Shown: positions 1 through 15,864, counted from the first letter of the stretch. The stretch: DNA of 64,000 nt from the human T2T-CHM13v2.0 reference genome, Homo sapiens (GCF_009914755.1 NC_060933.1), one strand, 5' to 3'. Translations and numbers: made by a program. The notes: generated from the letters alone by a model not told the origin.

Positions 1-97
1 TGCATATTCAGTAGCTGCTTTTTATAAATGGGTATAGATTCTAAAATAAGAGCAAGTTAAATATGCATGCATAATGTCTCTGCCTAAATAGATGCAC

Positions 98-770
<673 letters not shown>

Positions 771-899
771 GGTGGTGGCGACAGGTTTTTGTGGCTGTTT
801 GATCTGTGCTTTTTGTTTTGTCCAGGAGGACAGTGTTCCTGGTCCTCCAACTTAACAATGATAACTTCCTTCGTGCTGTACAAATAGCAGCTCCCCTGG

Positions 900-1631
<732 letters not shown>

Positions 1632-1659
1632 CTATTTTTATTTTTTAAATTACATGTAA

Positions 1660-1781
1660 TTTTTTTTTCTTAAAGACAAGGTCTTGCTGTGTTACCCAAG
1701 CTGGATTCAAACTTCTGGGCTCAAGCGATCCTCCCACCGCAGCCTCCCCAGTGGCTGGGATTACAGGGACACACAGTGCCC
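1660..1781 (-). mobile_element. FLAM (free left Alu monomer)
   Basis: Single Alu arm with T tract. Confidence 0.75.
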
Positions 1782-3079
1782 CACATTCTCTACCCTGTAG
1801 AAAACCAAACCCTATACTCTTTTCTGTTGCAAGAGTATATCAACATTTCTGCTCCCTGGTGAAGGAATCTTATATCAAAGGACTTAGTCTTTCTTAGCAA
1901 CCTTTTAAAAATCACTTCAAGGACTAGAAGGATGGTAGAACTATATGTTCAACCCCTTATCTCAATCCAATCTTGAACCAAGTCCTATGATTGCTAATAA
2001 TATACTCAGGACAAATCAAATGCTTTTAATGAGAGAGGGTGGGACCATTACTAAGCAGATAGGGCTGAACCAGATGTGAAGGGCTGTCTGAGGGATTCGC
2101 TTCATCCCCCAGGCCCTGGTAACAGAATTAAAGAGAATTCAGTCTAGAAAAAGTGCCAGCAAGGGCTTCCCACCTATTTCCCATAAAGCAACATAATATA
2201 AGAGCAAAAAGTGCACTATTGCCCTCAGGGAAGAGAGAAAAGTAACCAGGTCTCTGAAGAAAAATACAGCAGAAAAACAAATTACCATCATACTAAGAAA
2301 GATTTTCTTTTGAATCATCAGCCTCTGGAATAAACATTAAATTTAAAAGGTCTTATTACTTTACTTAGTTTCACCACCTAAAAAATATGTCTGCTAAATA
2401 GATTGACTCTATCATTTATTGCAGGCCTAATGGAATTCTGGCATTAAAAACCTGATCCATTTTGGGTCCTTACCTTATAAAACTTCATGTCTATCAGATC
2501 CTTTAATAGACAGAGAAGATCATTAAAACTCCAGATATTTCTACAGCCACAGTCCAGAAAGTGGCAAAGCTCATTTTTAAAAATTTAGTAATGGCTCACA
2601 TTCTACAGGCTGACTTCTAATTGGATCTAATTTGACTGCAAAACTCAAGTTGGCTGAAGGCCTTTTGAACCTGCCATTGTAATTCACAGCTCAAGAAGGC
2701 AGATCCCAGCCTGATGGGCCTTTTTAGCAATAAAGAGAAAAAATGGTTACCCATCTCCCAGCCAAAGGAAGGCCACTTTTCTGAGCAAGCTGGACAGTCT
2801 GAGAGGCAGTTCCTCCAGCTCTTATGTTCATGAAGTTGAGCTTTGGTCAGGTGGGTCTCCACACGTCTTCTCCAGCACGACAATCCTTCAGGTAGCTGAG
2901 ATAAGGTTGGTATAACCAGCACAACCCCAGAAAAGCTACAACAACAACAAAAATAGAGGTAAAATGTAAAAGATCATTGAGTTTGAGATGGGTTTGGTGG
3001 TTTCAGGTGTAGCTTCACAGTTTATTTCCTAGACAGAGTCTGATGGAGGTTGAGAATCATTATAATATACTATAGTCCA

Positions 3080-3260
3080 TTTTGGAGTTAGATCTCCTTA
3101 CATTCCAATTCTGCCACATATTAGCCATGTGAATGCAGGCAAGACACCTCACCTGTCTGAAATCCAGTTGTATAGAGAGACAGAGTACCACTCACCTGGC
3201 AGTGTTGTTCAATGCAATCACAATTGAAAGTCCTTGACACATAGTAGGTGCTAAATAAAT
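3080..3260 (+). mobile_element. MIR
   Basis: MIR core and 3' end cacatagtaggtgctaaataaat. Confidence 0.6.
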
Positions 3261-4378
3261 CATGTGCTAAATAAGTAAAAACTCTAATACTGACAATTCA
3301 ACCCTTTCCAAGGATGTGTCCCCATTTCTTTCCACTTTTTTCTGTACTTGTCTCTGACAAGAGTGAGAGATGTGCATATAGCCTTGCTCATAATGGGTGC
3401 TCAGGAAACAGTTGTTAGCTTGGTTTAATTTAGCTGATTAAACCACATTGCCACTGTGAGGCACAACAGCCCTCAACATTCCCCAGAAAGACTAGACTAA
3501 CCCTAGAGCTTTCAAAACTAATCCAGATAGGGGAATTTAGGGCAGAGGGGGTCAGGATCTGTGCAGTAAAGCAAGTAGACCAATCTCCGGGTCTAGAATG
3601 GTGAAGATGAATCAGTGTCCTGAATGCACAGATCAGGGTAGCACCATCTTACTGTTGGCCACGGTTCTAGGAAATTCCCTAAAGCCCAGGTAATTCAGAA
3701 TTTCTTAGTACCCACTTCCCCTAAGGAGGCCTAAGAGTTCCTAAAATTATCCAGAATTTAGGAGTGAGACTTTGATCACCACACTGGTCAGTCAGTCGCC
3801 TGCAATTACCCAGTCTCTGGTCGTCTGCACTTTGACAGTTGCTTATTTGCTGAGATTTGGGAGTAAATGGAACAGCTTAGGGGAGACATTTTTCACATTT
3901 TGACCACAAAAGATAAATGGTACAATCCCATTCACCTATTCCAGTCTAATACATTTATAACTACCTTATTGATGATCATTGCTGTGGGAGGTCATGGAGG
4001 AATCCAAGTAAGGTCATTTACTTCTCTATATCTAGTCTGGTCAGCTGAATTCAACTTACACAGAAACTAAAGCCTTGATGCCTTGCACAGCTCTCATCAT
4101 AGAAGGTAGACAATTAGTGGAGGCATTCAACGTTGTATTAACTTTTTGCTCCATTGCGACAATGTAGGTTTGGGATCCAAGTGAAAATGAAATGGAAACT
4201 TCCCCACAGGTTCTCAGCATCCCAACAGGTAGCCAGGAGCCTGGGCCAGGTGGGAACATAGGCATAGCTTCATGAGTGTCTTAGGCAACTGGCTGTGGCC
4301 CCATGCCTAGGGGCTCAGCATACAAGCATTAAAATTCACACTTGCTATTCAAATGATCAGAAAGCAAGGCACACCCTA

Positions 4379-4702
<324 letters not shown>

Positions 4703-4734
4703 GAGGCTATGGGAGGGTTATGCTTCTCCTTCTT

Positions 4735-6084
4735 TTTTAAAATTTTTAATTGACACATAATATTACACATTTATGGCATACAATGTGAGGTTTTGATACA
4801 TGTATATATTGTGTAATGATCAAATCAATGTAATGAGCATATCCATCATCTCAAACATTTATCATTTCTTTGTAATGAGAACATTCACAATCCTCTCTTC
4901 TAGCTAGTTTGAAATACACATTATTACCTATAGTAATACTGCTGTGCAATAAGACACCAGAACTTATTCCTTTTATCTAAATGTAACTTTGTACCTGTTG
5001 ACCAGTCCCCCCATCATTATGTCCTTCCTCCTCTCTCCCCAGTCTCTGGTAAACACTGTTCTATTGTCTATTTCTATGAGATCTTTCTTTTTTTAGATTT
5101 CAAATATAAGTGAGATTATGCAGTATTTGACTTTCTGTCTTATTTATTTCACTTAACATCATGTCTTCCAGGTTCATACATGTCATCACAAATGACAGAA
5201 TTTCATTATTTTTATGACAGAATAACTTTCCATTGTGTATATATACATTTTTCAATCCATTCTTCCATTTACGGATACTTAGGTTGACTCAGGGTATACC
5301 TTGGCTATTTTGAATAATGTTATAATAAGCATGAGAGTGCAGATATTTGGTATATGGATTTCATTTCCTGGGGATCTATACCCAGTAGTGGGATTTCTGC
5401 ATCATATGGTAGTTCCATTTTTAATTTTTTGAGGAACCTCCATACATTTTTCCATAATGGCCATACTAATTTACATTCCCACCAATAGTATGTAAAGCTT
5501 CCCTTTTCTCCATATCTTCACCATCACTTGTTATCTTCTGTTGTTGTTGTTTATTTTTTCATAGGTTATTGGGGTACAGGTGGTATTTGGTTACATGAGT
5601 AAGTTCTTTAGTGGTGATTTGTGGATTTTGGTGTGCCCATCACCCAAGCAGCATACACTCCACCCTATTTGGTGTAGATTATCCCACCCCTCCCTGTTGT
5701 TGTTTTCTTAACAACAGTCTTTCTAGCTGGAACAAGGTGATATCTCATTATGGGTTTGATAAGACTCTAAAAGCACAGGCAACAAAAGCAAAAATAGACA
5801 AATGGGATTACATTAAGTGAAAAAGCTTTTGCATACCAAAGGAAACAATCAACAAATTGAAGAGACAACCTACAGAACAGAAGAAAATATTTTCAACTTA
5901 TACATCTAAAAAGGGATTAACAACCAGAATATATAAGGAACTCAAAGAACTCAATAGTGAGAAAACAAATAGCATGATTTTTTAAATGGACAAAAGACCT
6001 TGATAGATACTTCTCAAAAGAAGATACGCAAATGGCCAACAGGTATATTTTTTATGCTCAACATCACTATCATTAGAGAAATGC
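4735..6084 (-). mobile_element. L1MA-like element with 5' inversion (minus 4735-~5758, plus ~5758-6084)
   Basis: L1 3'UTR on minus strand, ORF2 piece on plus strand; 15-bp TSD at 4720-4734 and 6081-6095. Confidence 0.85.
5549..5693 (-). mobile_element. L1PB-like 3' end nested in the L1MA
   Basis: ggggtacaggtggtatttggttacatgagtaagttcttt motif; TSD ctgttgttgtt at 5538 and 5694. Confidence 0.75.
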
Positions 6085-7299
6085 TCCTCCTTCTTGAATT
6101 ATAAGTATAGCTCAGCAGTAGCCAAACATCATCCTGAGGACAAAGAGTGGCCTTTGGCAATGTTTATCCCATCTTGTCTTAAAATAACAGAAGGTAGGAA
6201 AATATAGAAAGTAGTGCATGGAGCTAAATTTAGGCTATTCAAAAGACTTTAAAATAGTCATAAGTGTCCTTTTCTTATAAGAAGTGCTGACATCAGATCA
6301 TGGTTATGGCTTCTTAATATATTTACTTGCTAAAACAAAAAAATTGGCAATCATTTGCTATATTCCTCCTAGCCATTCGCCTTTATAAAAGTTTTTGCCA
6401 GTCCTTAAAATACAGAAATCTGAAACATCAGCGAAAGGAAAATAGCATGATGTCTGTGCTATAAGCCAGCTGTGGGATCTCAAAATCACTCAGATTATTT
6501 GCTTTTCAGATTCTGTGTCAGGAAATTGGAGGCAGTGAGGCAAGTGCACCCATCAAAGGTGGATTTGCACATGGCTTTTTGGCATGAGCCCAGTCAAGCC
6601 TTGGGGTCTCCAGTGCATCACACACATGACAAATGGCAATAAAATAAAGGCTTTTTCATGGCTGGAAATTAATTGAGTAAATTTCAGGTATCCATAGCAT
6701 TCTATAAGTATAAATCAAGAAGTTCTCACAATATGCAAATGCTGATATTTTTTCCTATTCTTTTTTTTTTTTTTGACAGTGACTATGACAGCTTTCCACC
6801 CCCACCCCACTTTGCTATCCCTTGTCTTCTTCTTCTTTTTAAATGTGAAAAGTAGAGACATTGGCACCAAAAGGAACCTGAGTCCTGGGGTGCAGCCCAA
6901 CCTTCCTGGCTGTCCTACTCTCTCACCCCAAGTTTCACTTAGAAGGGAGCTCATGATTTATGTGCCCCAGTGGAGTGGCTCACAGCATGCTGGCCAGCTC
7001 CCTCTGCTTCACTCATAAATCTGAGGTAAAGAACATAGAACAGCCAACAACCCCCTCTTTGAAAGAGCTGGGAGTGTCAAAGCAAAAACCCTGGGAATAT
7101 TATGGATTCAATAATGGTCTCAGCTTTTTGTTCCAATCAACCAGCTAGAGTCATAATCCAAAATTGGATTCTAAATGTGTTCTCAGAGCATAACTCAGAC
7201 TTCCAGCTTCTCAGATCCCAGAGCAGGGGTTCTCTGTAAAATTCAATATCCCTTCAATCTTCAAGGATGCAGAATCGTAACATGCATCCCAGGAAAAAA

Positions 7300-7505
7300 G
7301 GTGCAATGGGTTCAAATCCTAGCTCTCCCATTTACCAGCATGTGACCCTTAGCAATTCACTTAACTCTTCTCAGGGTCAGATTCCCCATCACCAAACTGA
7401 GATACTACAATGATTTATCAATTGTTGGCTCCAGTGAGATGACACAAAACCAGTACTTAGCCAGTGCTGAGCATGTAGAAAAATGCTCAAAAACATATTG
7501 TTATT
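7300..7505 (+). mobile_element. MIR
   Basis: gggttcaaatcctagctct...tgtgaccctt core. Confidence 0.7.
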
Positions 7506-7528
7506 ATTGTTATCCAAGTTTGCTTATT

Positions 7529-7850
7529 ACAGCCCTTCTCAAACTTTCTGGTCTAGAATTCCTTTACACTTTTAGAAATTGTCGAAGACACCCAAAACTT
7601 TTGCTCAGAAGGGTTTTTTATTGATATGTATAATACTTGATATTATAACAAAACAATGTCTGAAACACAAGAATACAAAAACACACATTCCATTAGCAAT
7701 CAGAACAATGATGTCATCACCCATCATCTAGCCACTGGAAAACTCCACCGTACAGTCTGAGAGGATAAGAGTGGAAAAGGCAAACAACAGCTTAGTACAA
7801 TAGCTTTGACCTTACCTACTTTAGATTACCAATTAAAAACCATGGGACTA
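7529..7850. mobile_element. hAT-Charlie-type non-autonomous DNA transposon
   Basis: cagcccttctcaaactttctggtct terminus typical of Charlie/MER elements. Confidence 0.55.
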
Positions 7851-7946
7851 TTATAGTCTTCTCTTCGCAGGAAGTAGTATGCCTTATAATGTCCACCCTA
7901 CATGCTGTCCTATTTATTCAGATTCTATCAGGTGAAGAACCAAGTC

Positions 7947-8257
7947 TTTTTTTTTTTTTTTTTTTTTTTTGAGGTGGGCTTTCACTCTCACCCAGGCTAG
8001 AGTGCAGTGGCATGATCTCAGCTCACTGCAACCTCCGCCTCCTGGACTCAAAGCCGTCCTCCCACCTCAGCCTCCTGAGCAACTGGGACCACAGATGCAT
8101 GCCACCATGCCCAATTAATTTTTTTTTTTGTATTTTTGGTAGAGACAAGGTTTCGCCATGTTGCCCGGGCTAGTCTCAAACTCCCGAGCTCAAGTGATCT
8201 GCCCGCCTCAGCCTCCCAAAGTGCTGGAATTACAGGTGTGAGCCACCACACCTGGCC
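7947..8257 (-). mobile_element. AluJ
   Basis: Poly-T then Alu with J-type cctcccacctcagcc. Confidence 0.9.
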
Positions 8258-8374
8258 AAGTCTTCTTTTAATAAGCTATTCACACTTTAGTATCAAGAAT
8301 TCTCCTTTATATCATAACCTATGTCATCTCATTTCTTCTTATTTTTTGCTTAACAGAATTGGGAAATATCCAAT

Positions 8375-8600
8375 TACAATAAAAATTGCTACTATATACT
8401 GGGTAGCAGTGTTCCAGCCACAGTGCCAAGAGCTTAAGAAAAATTTACCTGATTTGGTGCTTACAATCACCCTACAGTGTGCCCATTGTTACTTCAAGAT
8501 CGCAGATAAGATAATAGAAAAATTACCCCAAATCATTCCAGTAATTGGAGCACCCTGGAGGAGCCCAGACCTCCCTGATTGTAAGCATGCTTTATAATTC
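8375..8600 (-). mobile_element. MIR
   Basis: Degenerate antisense MIR. Confidence 0.45.
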
Positions 8601-8744
8601 ACTCCCCAACTCACTTCACTCAAACTCACCAACTGACTACATTCACACTCCACAATTATTCTGCTTTCTTATTGTTTATGATAAATGTAATGGCAGTGAT
8701 CAAGTCATGATCTCTGCATTATTCTTCATTTAAAATAAGTCTTT

Positions 8745-10195
8745 TTATCACTATCAAAATCCCAACTGCTTTTTTTTTTTTTGCAGAAATTGATAAGCTG
8801 ATCCTAAAATGCACATGGAAGTGCAAGAGATTCAGAATAAAGCAGTATAAAAGTTGGAGGACTCAAACTTTCTGATTTCAAAACTTAACTACAAAACTAT
8901 GGTAATCGAGGCAGAGTAGTACTGGCATAAAGACAGACACATAGATCACTGAAATGGAATCAAGAGTCCAGAAAAAAACCAACAAGAGTGCCAAGACAAT
9001 TTAATGGGAAAAAATAGTCTTTTCAAAGAATGGCACTAGGATGATGACAGTCACAGCAAAAGAATAAAGGAGACCTTTATCTCACACCATATACAAAAAT
9101 TAACTCAAAATGGATTAAAGACCCAAACATAAGAGCTAAAGCTGTAAAACCCTTAGAAGAAAACATAGCAATTGGGCATCAAATACACAAGTGACAAAAA
9201 TAAAAGACAAATTGGACATCATCAAAATTAGAAAACGTTGTGTTCAAAGGTATTTCCGAGAAAGTGAAAAGACAACTCACAGGATGGGAGAAAATATTTG
9301 CAAATCACACATAAGGGACTTTGTGTCCAGAATGTATAAAGAACTCTTACAACTCAATAATAAAAAAGCAAATGACCCAATTTTAAAAAGGGTAAAGGAT
9401 TTGAATATACATTTCGCCAAAGAATATATACAACGAGCACATGAAAAGATGTTCAAAGTCATTAGGCAATAAAGAAATGCAAATCAAAACAACATGAGAT
9501 GCCATTTCACACCCACTATCATAGCTAAAATTAAAAAGAAACATAACATGTTAACAAGCGTGCAAGGAAATTGGAACCCTCATACACTGCTGGTGGGAAT
9601 ATTACATGGTGCAGCCACTTTGCAAAACAATCAGGTAGCTCTTCAAAAGGTTAAATACAGAGTTACCATATGACCTAATGATTCCACTCCTAAGTGTGTT
9701 CCCACGAGAATGGAAAACCTACAGCCACATAAAAACTTGTACACAAACGTTCATAGCAACATTATTCCTAATAGCCAAATATGTTTCCAAATGTCCATCA
9801 ACTGATAATGGGATAACAAAATGTGGCACATCTACACAATGAAATATGGTTCAGCAGTAAAAAAGAAATAAAGTGATAATTCATGCTGCAAGATGGATGA
9901 ACCCTGAAAACATTATGGCAAGTGAAAGAACTCAATACCTATTATATTATTCCATTTATATGAATTGCCCATTATAGGCAAATCCATAAGGACAAAAATA
10001 GATTTGTACCGGGGAGAGAGAGGAATGGAGGGTGACTGAAGAACACTGGTTTTCTTTGGTGATGAATGTTCTGGAATTAGATAGTGGTGATGGTTGCCCA
10101 TCTTTACTAATGGACTAAAGAACCACTGAATTGTACACTTTAAAGGGATGAATCTTATGGTATGTGTAGTTCAGTAAAGCTGTTGTTTTTTAAAA
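8745..10195 (+). mobile_element. L1MB-like 3' fragment (ORF2 C-terminus + 3'UTR)
   Basis: Degenerate ORF2 (KELLQLNNKKANDPILK) followed by L1MB-type 3'UTR. Confidence 0.88.
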
Positions 10196-11147
10196 ATCAC
10201 ATCCTATTCTTGAACTAGTTTTATATCACTGCATTCCTTCTGTTTCTCTTGACCTTCCAACCCACCTCAGGCAATGAATCTACAAGCCAAACAAGTTATT
10301 AATTTTATTTAGTTGAAGCATTGCTGAAGGCTGAAGGAAATGCTGTGTAAACCCAGGCAAGCCATATCATAAATTAAAGCTAAAAAGTACATGGAAATCA
10401 AACAAGTAATGATTCCAGATTTTAGCTTCTGAGTGTAGACAATATCCAGAGGAAATGTGTTTCATAGGTAGGAGAAAAAAATGAGCCTGCTTTTCATGGA
10501 CAAGATTTTCAATCCCATGTTCCCAGTTTTCGCTCTCTTGGTTTTTTTCCCCCAGATCCGAATTCCCACCTGAATTCACCAACATTATGTAAGCTGCTGG
10601 AGAAGTTGTCAGGGACAGCTGAGGCCCAAGAGCAAGTTCCAGAATCCTGCCTTCTGCAGAGGAAGGCTGTCAGCCGGCCGTCCCCACAGGGACCTGGACC
10701 CTTGGAGGAGCCATGGGCCTGCCCGGGTCTCCTCGGATGCCAGCTGTCCTCCCACGGGCTCCTGCTGAGGACAGCACTCCAGCCCAGCAGTCTGGGAGTG
10801 AAGTGCCCCCTGACAAGTTGTCAGAGTCACAAAATCTGGAAGAGCTGAGCAAGTTTACTCAGGGAGGCAGAGTGAAGGCAGAACGAAATAAAAGACTTAG
10901 AAGAATTAAGGAGGTAAAATAAGCTAAACTGCCCAACAGACTTTCACACTATCTCAGAGTTGACAGATCATAAATACTCTCGTGACTTTCTTAGTCCATG
11001 AAAAATACTTCAGATTCTTGAAACTTGTTCCTTGAGGGGTACTCTTTTTTAAAGTAGCCACTAGAGACTGAGTTTATGTTTTTATGAAAGGGAGTGGAGA
11101 CCAATAGTAATGGTGGATTGCCTTTTGTTCTTGTTCACGCGTCTTAC

Positions 11148-11300
11148 CGTTACTCATAATACCAAAGCAGCCATATTAGCTTTAAGAACCACCAACAAAA
11201 AGGCAAGTCAAGAAATAAGAGAACTAGCCAGAGATTTCCAAACCACACCTCCAGCTTCTAAACAACCCAACATTCCTTATGGGAAATGCATCATGTCCCA
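11148..11300 (-). other. Candidate alternative first (or small internal) exon ending ATG AGT AAC G|gtaaga
   Basis: Strong donor ACG|GTAAGA in a repeat-free block; RUNX (11241-11247) and TEAD (11271-11276) motifs nearby; host gene not identified. Confidence 0.4.
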
Positions 11301-12433
11301 CTTTGGGAATATTGATGTTCCAACAAAATTTGAGCCTCTCCAAATGCAAACATTTTATTGTTCATGAAAAAGACATTTATTAAATTAAAGCCAAAGAAAG
11401 GAAATGGGGGGAAAAAAACATGAGGTTCATTGAAAATTAAAGAGATGAAAAAATAATTCTGACCAAACACCATTTTGCTGAGTTATATACAAATAATCAG
11501 AAGCATGTTGTGCAGGTTAAACCTCCCTTGAACCGAGATTCTGAAGTTAAGAGACAAAGTGTTCAGCAAAAACTAAACCAAAAACAGCAAACGCGTTTGG
11601 AATTTTACCAGGCCTTAAAATAGCTTTTTAAAAAAAGCTGAAAATTTTGTTTTTCCTACATTATCTATATGTCTTCAGGATAATAATTTCCCCCTGCCAA
11701 TAGTGGCTAAAATAAGAGAAACTAGGAAACCAAACATCCTCTGTTTATCTGAGCCTGGATTTGTTTCCCCTGAAATTTTTCATTAGCCTTGTTTAAGCTA
11801 TCTAAACTTGTACATATGAATTTAATGCTTTTTTAAAAAGAGAGAAGTTTTTAAATAAAATAATACTAAATACAAGTCAATACAAAAAGATATCTATGAG
11901 TTTCTCTTCTGGGTAAGAGGAGAGAAAATTATGTAAAGAAAGTGGAATAAAGACTACAGGGGCACTCTTGTAGATATTCAGCCTGCCAGTACTCCTTGCA
12001 AATTCCCTTGGCCTTAATTGTAACCAGGTCATGCCTGAACATACACACAATCCAGCCAGTTCTGGCACAATGTATATCAACTCTTTCATATGTAATTAAC
12101 AAATAATGGAATAATTGGAAATACAACCCAGGACTTACACGCATTAATAACATGATTCGTCCTCAGTGTTAAAGTCGAACACAAATGAAAACCAAGTATG
12201 ATACACTCATAGGGCTGAATGCTGCAAGCCACAAAGGAAAATGAGACTGTACAAGATGCACATGCACCCCCATGTTCTTCCTCTCCACTGAGTTTGGCCA
12301 CAGGCTCTGTATGACAACAGTGCTTTGCTCAGTTCTCCCCAAACTCTGCAGGCTACACCCCAGTCTCCAGAAGTCAGCAGGCTCTCCCCTCCTTACACTC
12401 GCATTGATCAAGCTACTTTCATCATTGTTTTAA

Positions 12434-12856
<423 letters not shown>

Positions 12857-13906
12857 TAGTTACAAGGGTGTAGAGGCAAACATAAGCCCTGTTTTCGTTA
12901 GTGTTCAGTTTTGTATCACTCAGAGTTTTTTGAAATGCCTGTATCACATGACAGCAGAAATATCTGTGACTGTAAAGTGCAGTGGCCATTTGCCTCTCTA
13001 TCTAGGATGGCGACTAATCTTGCTATAGAGTTCCATGACATGTGTGGATTCTTTTGCTTGACACCTTAAGCCTCTACACTGATTAAATAAGCCAAAGGAT
13101 TGCCTCTTTTCCAGTTCATTTCATAGTGCATTTAGTCAGGTGAAAGAGGGCAAAATGAACTGATAAAATGTTCTCTCTCGCTCTTTTTTCTGCCAAAATA
13201 ATTGGTATAGTGCTTGGAAAGAACGGACAGATCAAGAGCAAATCCAGTTATTTATGTTGCAAGTTATTCGAATGAATTTGAATTTGGAATTTTCCTAAGT
13301 ACGATGTCTAGAATACTGATCATCTTGCATCCAAACCTCTAAACTGACTCAGCCATTAAAAGGCACTGGCTAGATTTTTCCATGAGTCCTAGTTTAGTCT
13401 AGCTGAGCCAATAATTTGTAATTCAGCCTGGTTGGGGGTAAATATTGCCTCCGGCTTCTTCACTGACAACAGTCCAAAGTGGATTGGGAGTTTGCTGACA
13501 ACTGTGGATCTCAACTGAAAAGGCATCACCAAACACCCCCGATAACCCAGCCTGACCCCTGGCCCCTAACGGTTTTATTTTGTTTGGTTCGGTTTGCTTT
13601 GCTTTGCTTTGCTTTCATAGCACCACAGCTAACACAAACTGAAAGGCAAGAGCTGCATTAATTTCTTAAAAAGTTGGCGATTCAGGGCTAGCAGTGAAAT
13701 TTTCATTAAAGTATGACTTCTTACTCTGATTGAAGGGGAGAAAAACACTGGTCAATCCTTTGTAAATGAAAATCAAGAATTGCTGGGATATCAACTGGTT
13801 TACTCCCTCCATTCAGAGTGGAGCAGCCTGAAGCTCCAGAAGGAAGTGGGTGCTCTGATGAACAGCTTCTGGCAGGAAACCTTTGCCTGAGTCTTGGATA
13901 GACTGA

Positions 13907-14362
<456 letters not shown>

Positions 14363-14454
14363 AGGTCACTATTTAGACACATGAAAATACACTTGTGATA
14401 TCAGACTCAGTGAGATTAGCAGAATGCATAATTTGCATAAAACGATTAAGTGAG

Positions 14455-14966
14455 TGCTACGGCAGATTGTATTTTCCAAAGTTGGCTGCAAAATGTCTCC
14501 CATTTGCCTCCCTTCTAAAATGCGACTTGGATGCTGCTCCCATTGAGAGGTGGGGTCTTTGTTTCCTCTTCTTGAATCTGGACAGGCTTGTAACTTACAA
14601 GTAACCAAAAGAATGAAGCAAAATGATGCTGCACAACTTCCAAGGCTAGGTCATGATAGAATCACCTTGATTGCTAGAACACCTGTGGTTGGAGCCACCA
14701 CATAAGAAGTCTGCCGACCATGCCACAAGGCAGCTTAAGCCACATGGAAAGGCCACTTGTATGCACTCCAGCTTGCAGTCATGTTCGAGTCCTCCCAGAC
14801 AGGCGCCAGATATGCTCATGAACAGGCCTTGTAAGGCAAAGATAAACTGTCTCCGTGGTTCCCTTGCTGAATTCCTGACCCACAGAAACCACGAGCATCA
14901 CAAAATGGTTATTTTAAGCTCATAAACTTCAGTGTGATGTGTTACACAGCGATAGTAACTGAAACA
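14455..14966 (+). mobile_element. MaLR solo LTR (MLT1G/H-like)
   Basis: ggcagattgtattttccaaag start; gttacacagcgatagtaactgaaaca end. Confidence 0.75.
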
Positions 14967-15541
14967 AAGACTGATGGTAATCTTAAAGCAGCTTTTGCAA
15001 AAGTCATGAGACTATGCATATTTTAAAATAATAAAAAATATTTCTGTCATATCAGTCTGACTTCCTCCTAAATCTCTAGCCCCCATCACTCCCCTCAAAT
15101 CTCACCCACCCACTCCTATCCCCACCATGCCCACCCCATGCCAATCCTTACTTCAAACCTTGCTTTCAGCTTTCCCAAGTTTCTACCTGTCCCTGTCCTC
15201 AAATAACCCAGGCTGCATCATCCCTTGGTGGCTTTATTTCTGTTTTTCCTTCTGATTGAAAAGTCCCACCTTTTCTCCTGCATCTGATGAATACCCACGA
15301 TTTTCACACTCAGCCATCCATCTGTTCCTGGTCCTCCCACCACTCCTGGTGCCTCCTGCCATTCGAACATCTGTCATACCTTCTGGGGCTTACCTAGAGA
15401 AACATCAGTCCCTCTCCCTACAGGAGACCATAAGCTTCTGAATGGTCAGAGCCATGACTGCTTCATCTTCTCATCTTTCTCCAGGGACTACCACTGACAG
15501 TCATCTGTAACAGCATGGCAACTCCTGCATAAGCCTGAACA

Positions 15542-15584
15542 GCAAGCACCTTACTACCTTCTGCAAGCACCTTACTACCTTCTG
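15542..15584. repeat. 21-bp perfect tandem duplication
   Basis: gcaagcaccttactaccttct x2. Confidence 0.95.
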
Positions 15585-15864
15585 TGCCCCAGGCACCTGC
15601 TTGTCTCACCTTAGTGAGACATACACGCTTCAAACCTGAAGGTGCTGTATAATGCCTAACTTGCACAGTTGGTCCTAGTCATTGTTTCTCCATCTCACAA
15701 AAAGGAAATTGAGTCTTGGAGGATGCTCAGCTAACAAGCAGTGGGGCCAGGACAGAATCCCAAGTCTACTTCCAAAGTCTGTGCTCTTTCTATAGCATGT
15801 AGTGACTTTTTGTTAAATAATGGCCTAACACACACATATAGTTGCATATACATAATTTGTGTCA

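Noticed and set aside
2468-2530. Minus-strand donor AAG|gtaagg with nearby acceptors
   Set aside because: No convincing open frame or other support; expected by chance in 64 kb
9191-9472. L1 ORF2-like ORFs (also 17535, 47325, 54533, 55565, 63492)
   Set aside because: Short frameshifted relics of dead L1 copies, not functional CDS
10606-10922. Overlapping 60-80 aa ORFs in the GC-rich block
   Set aside because: No similarity to proteins I recognise; explained by local GC content
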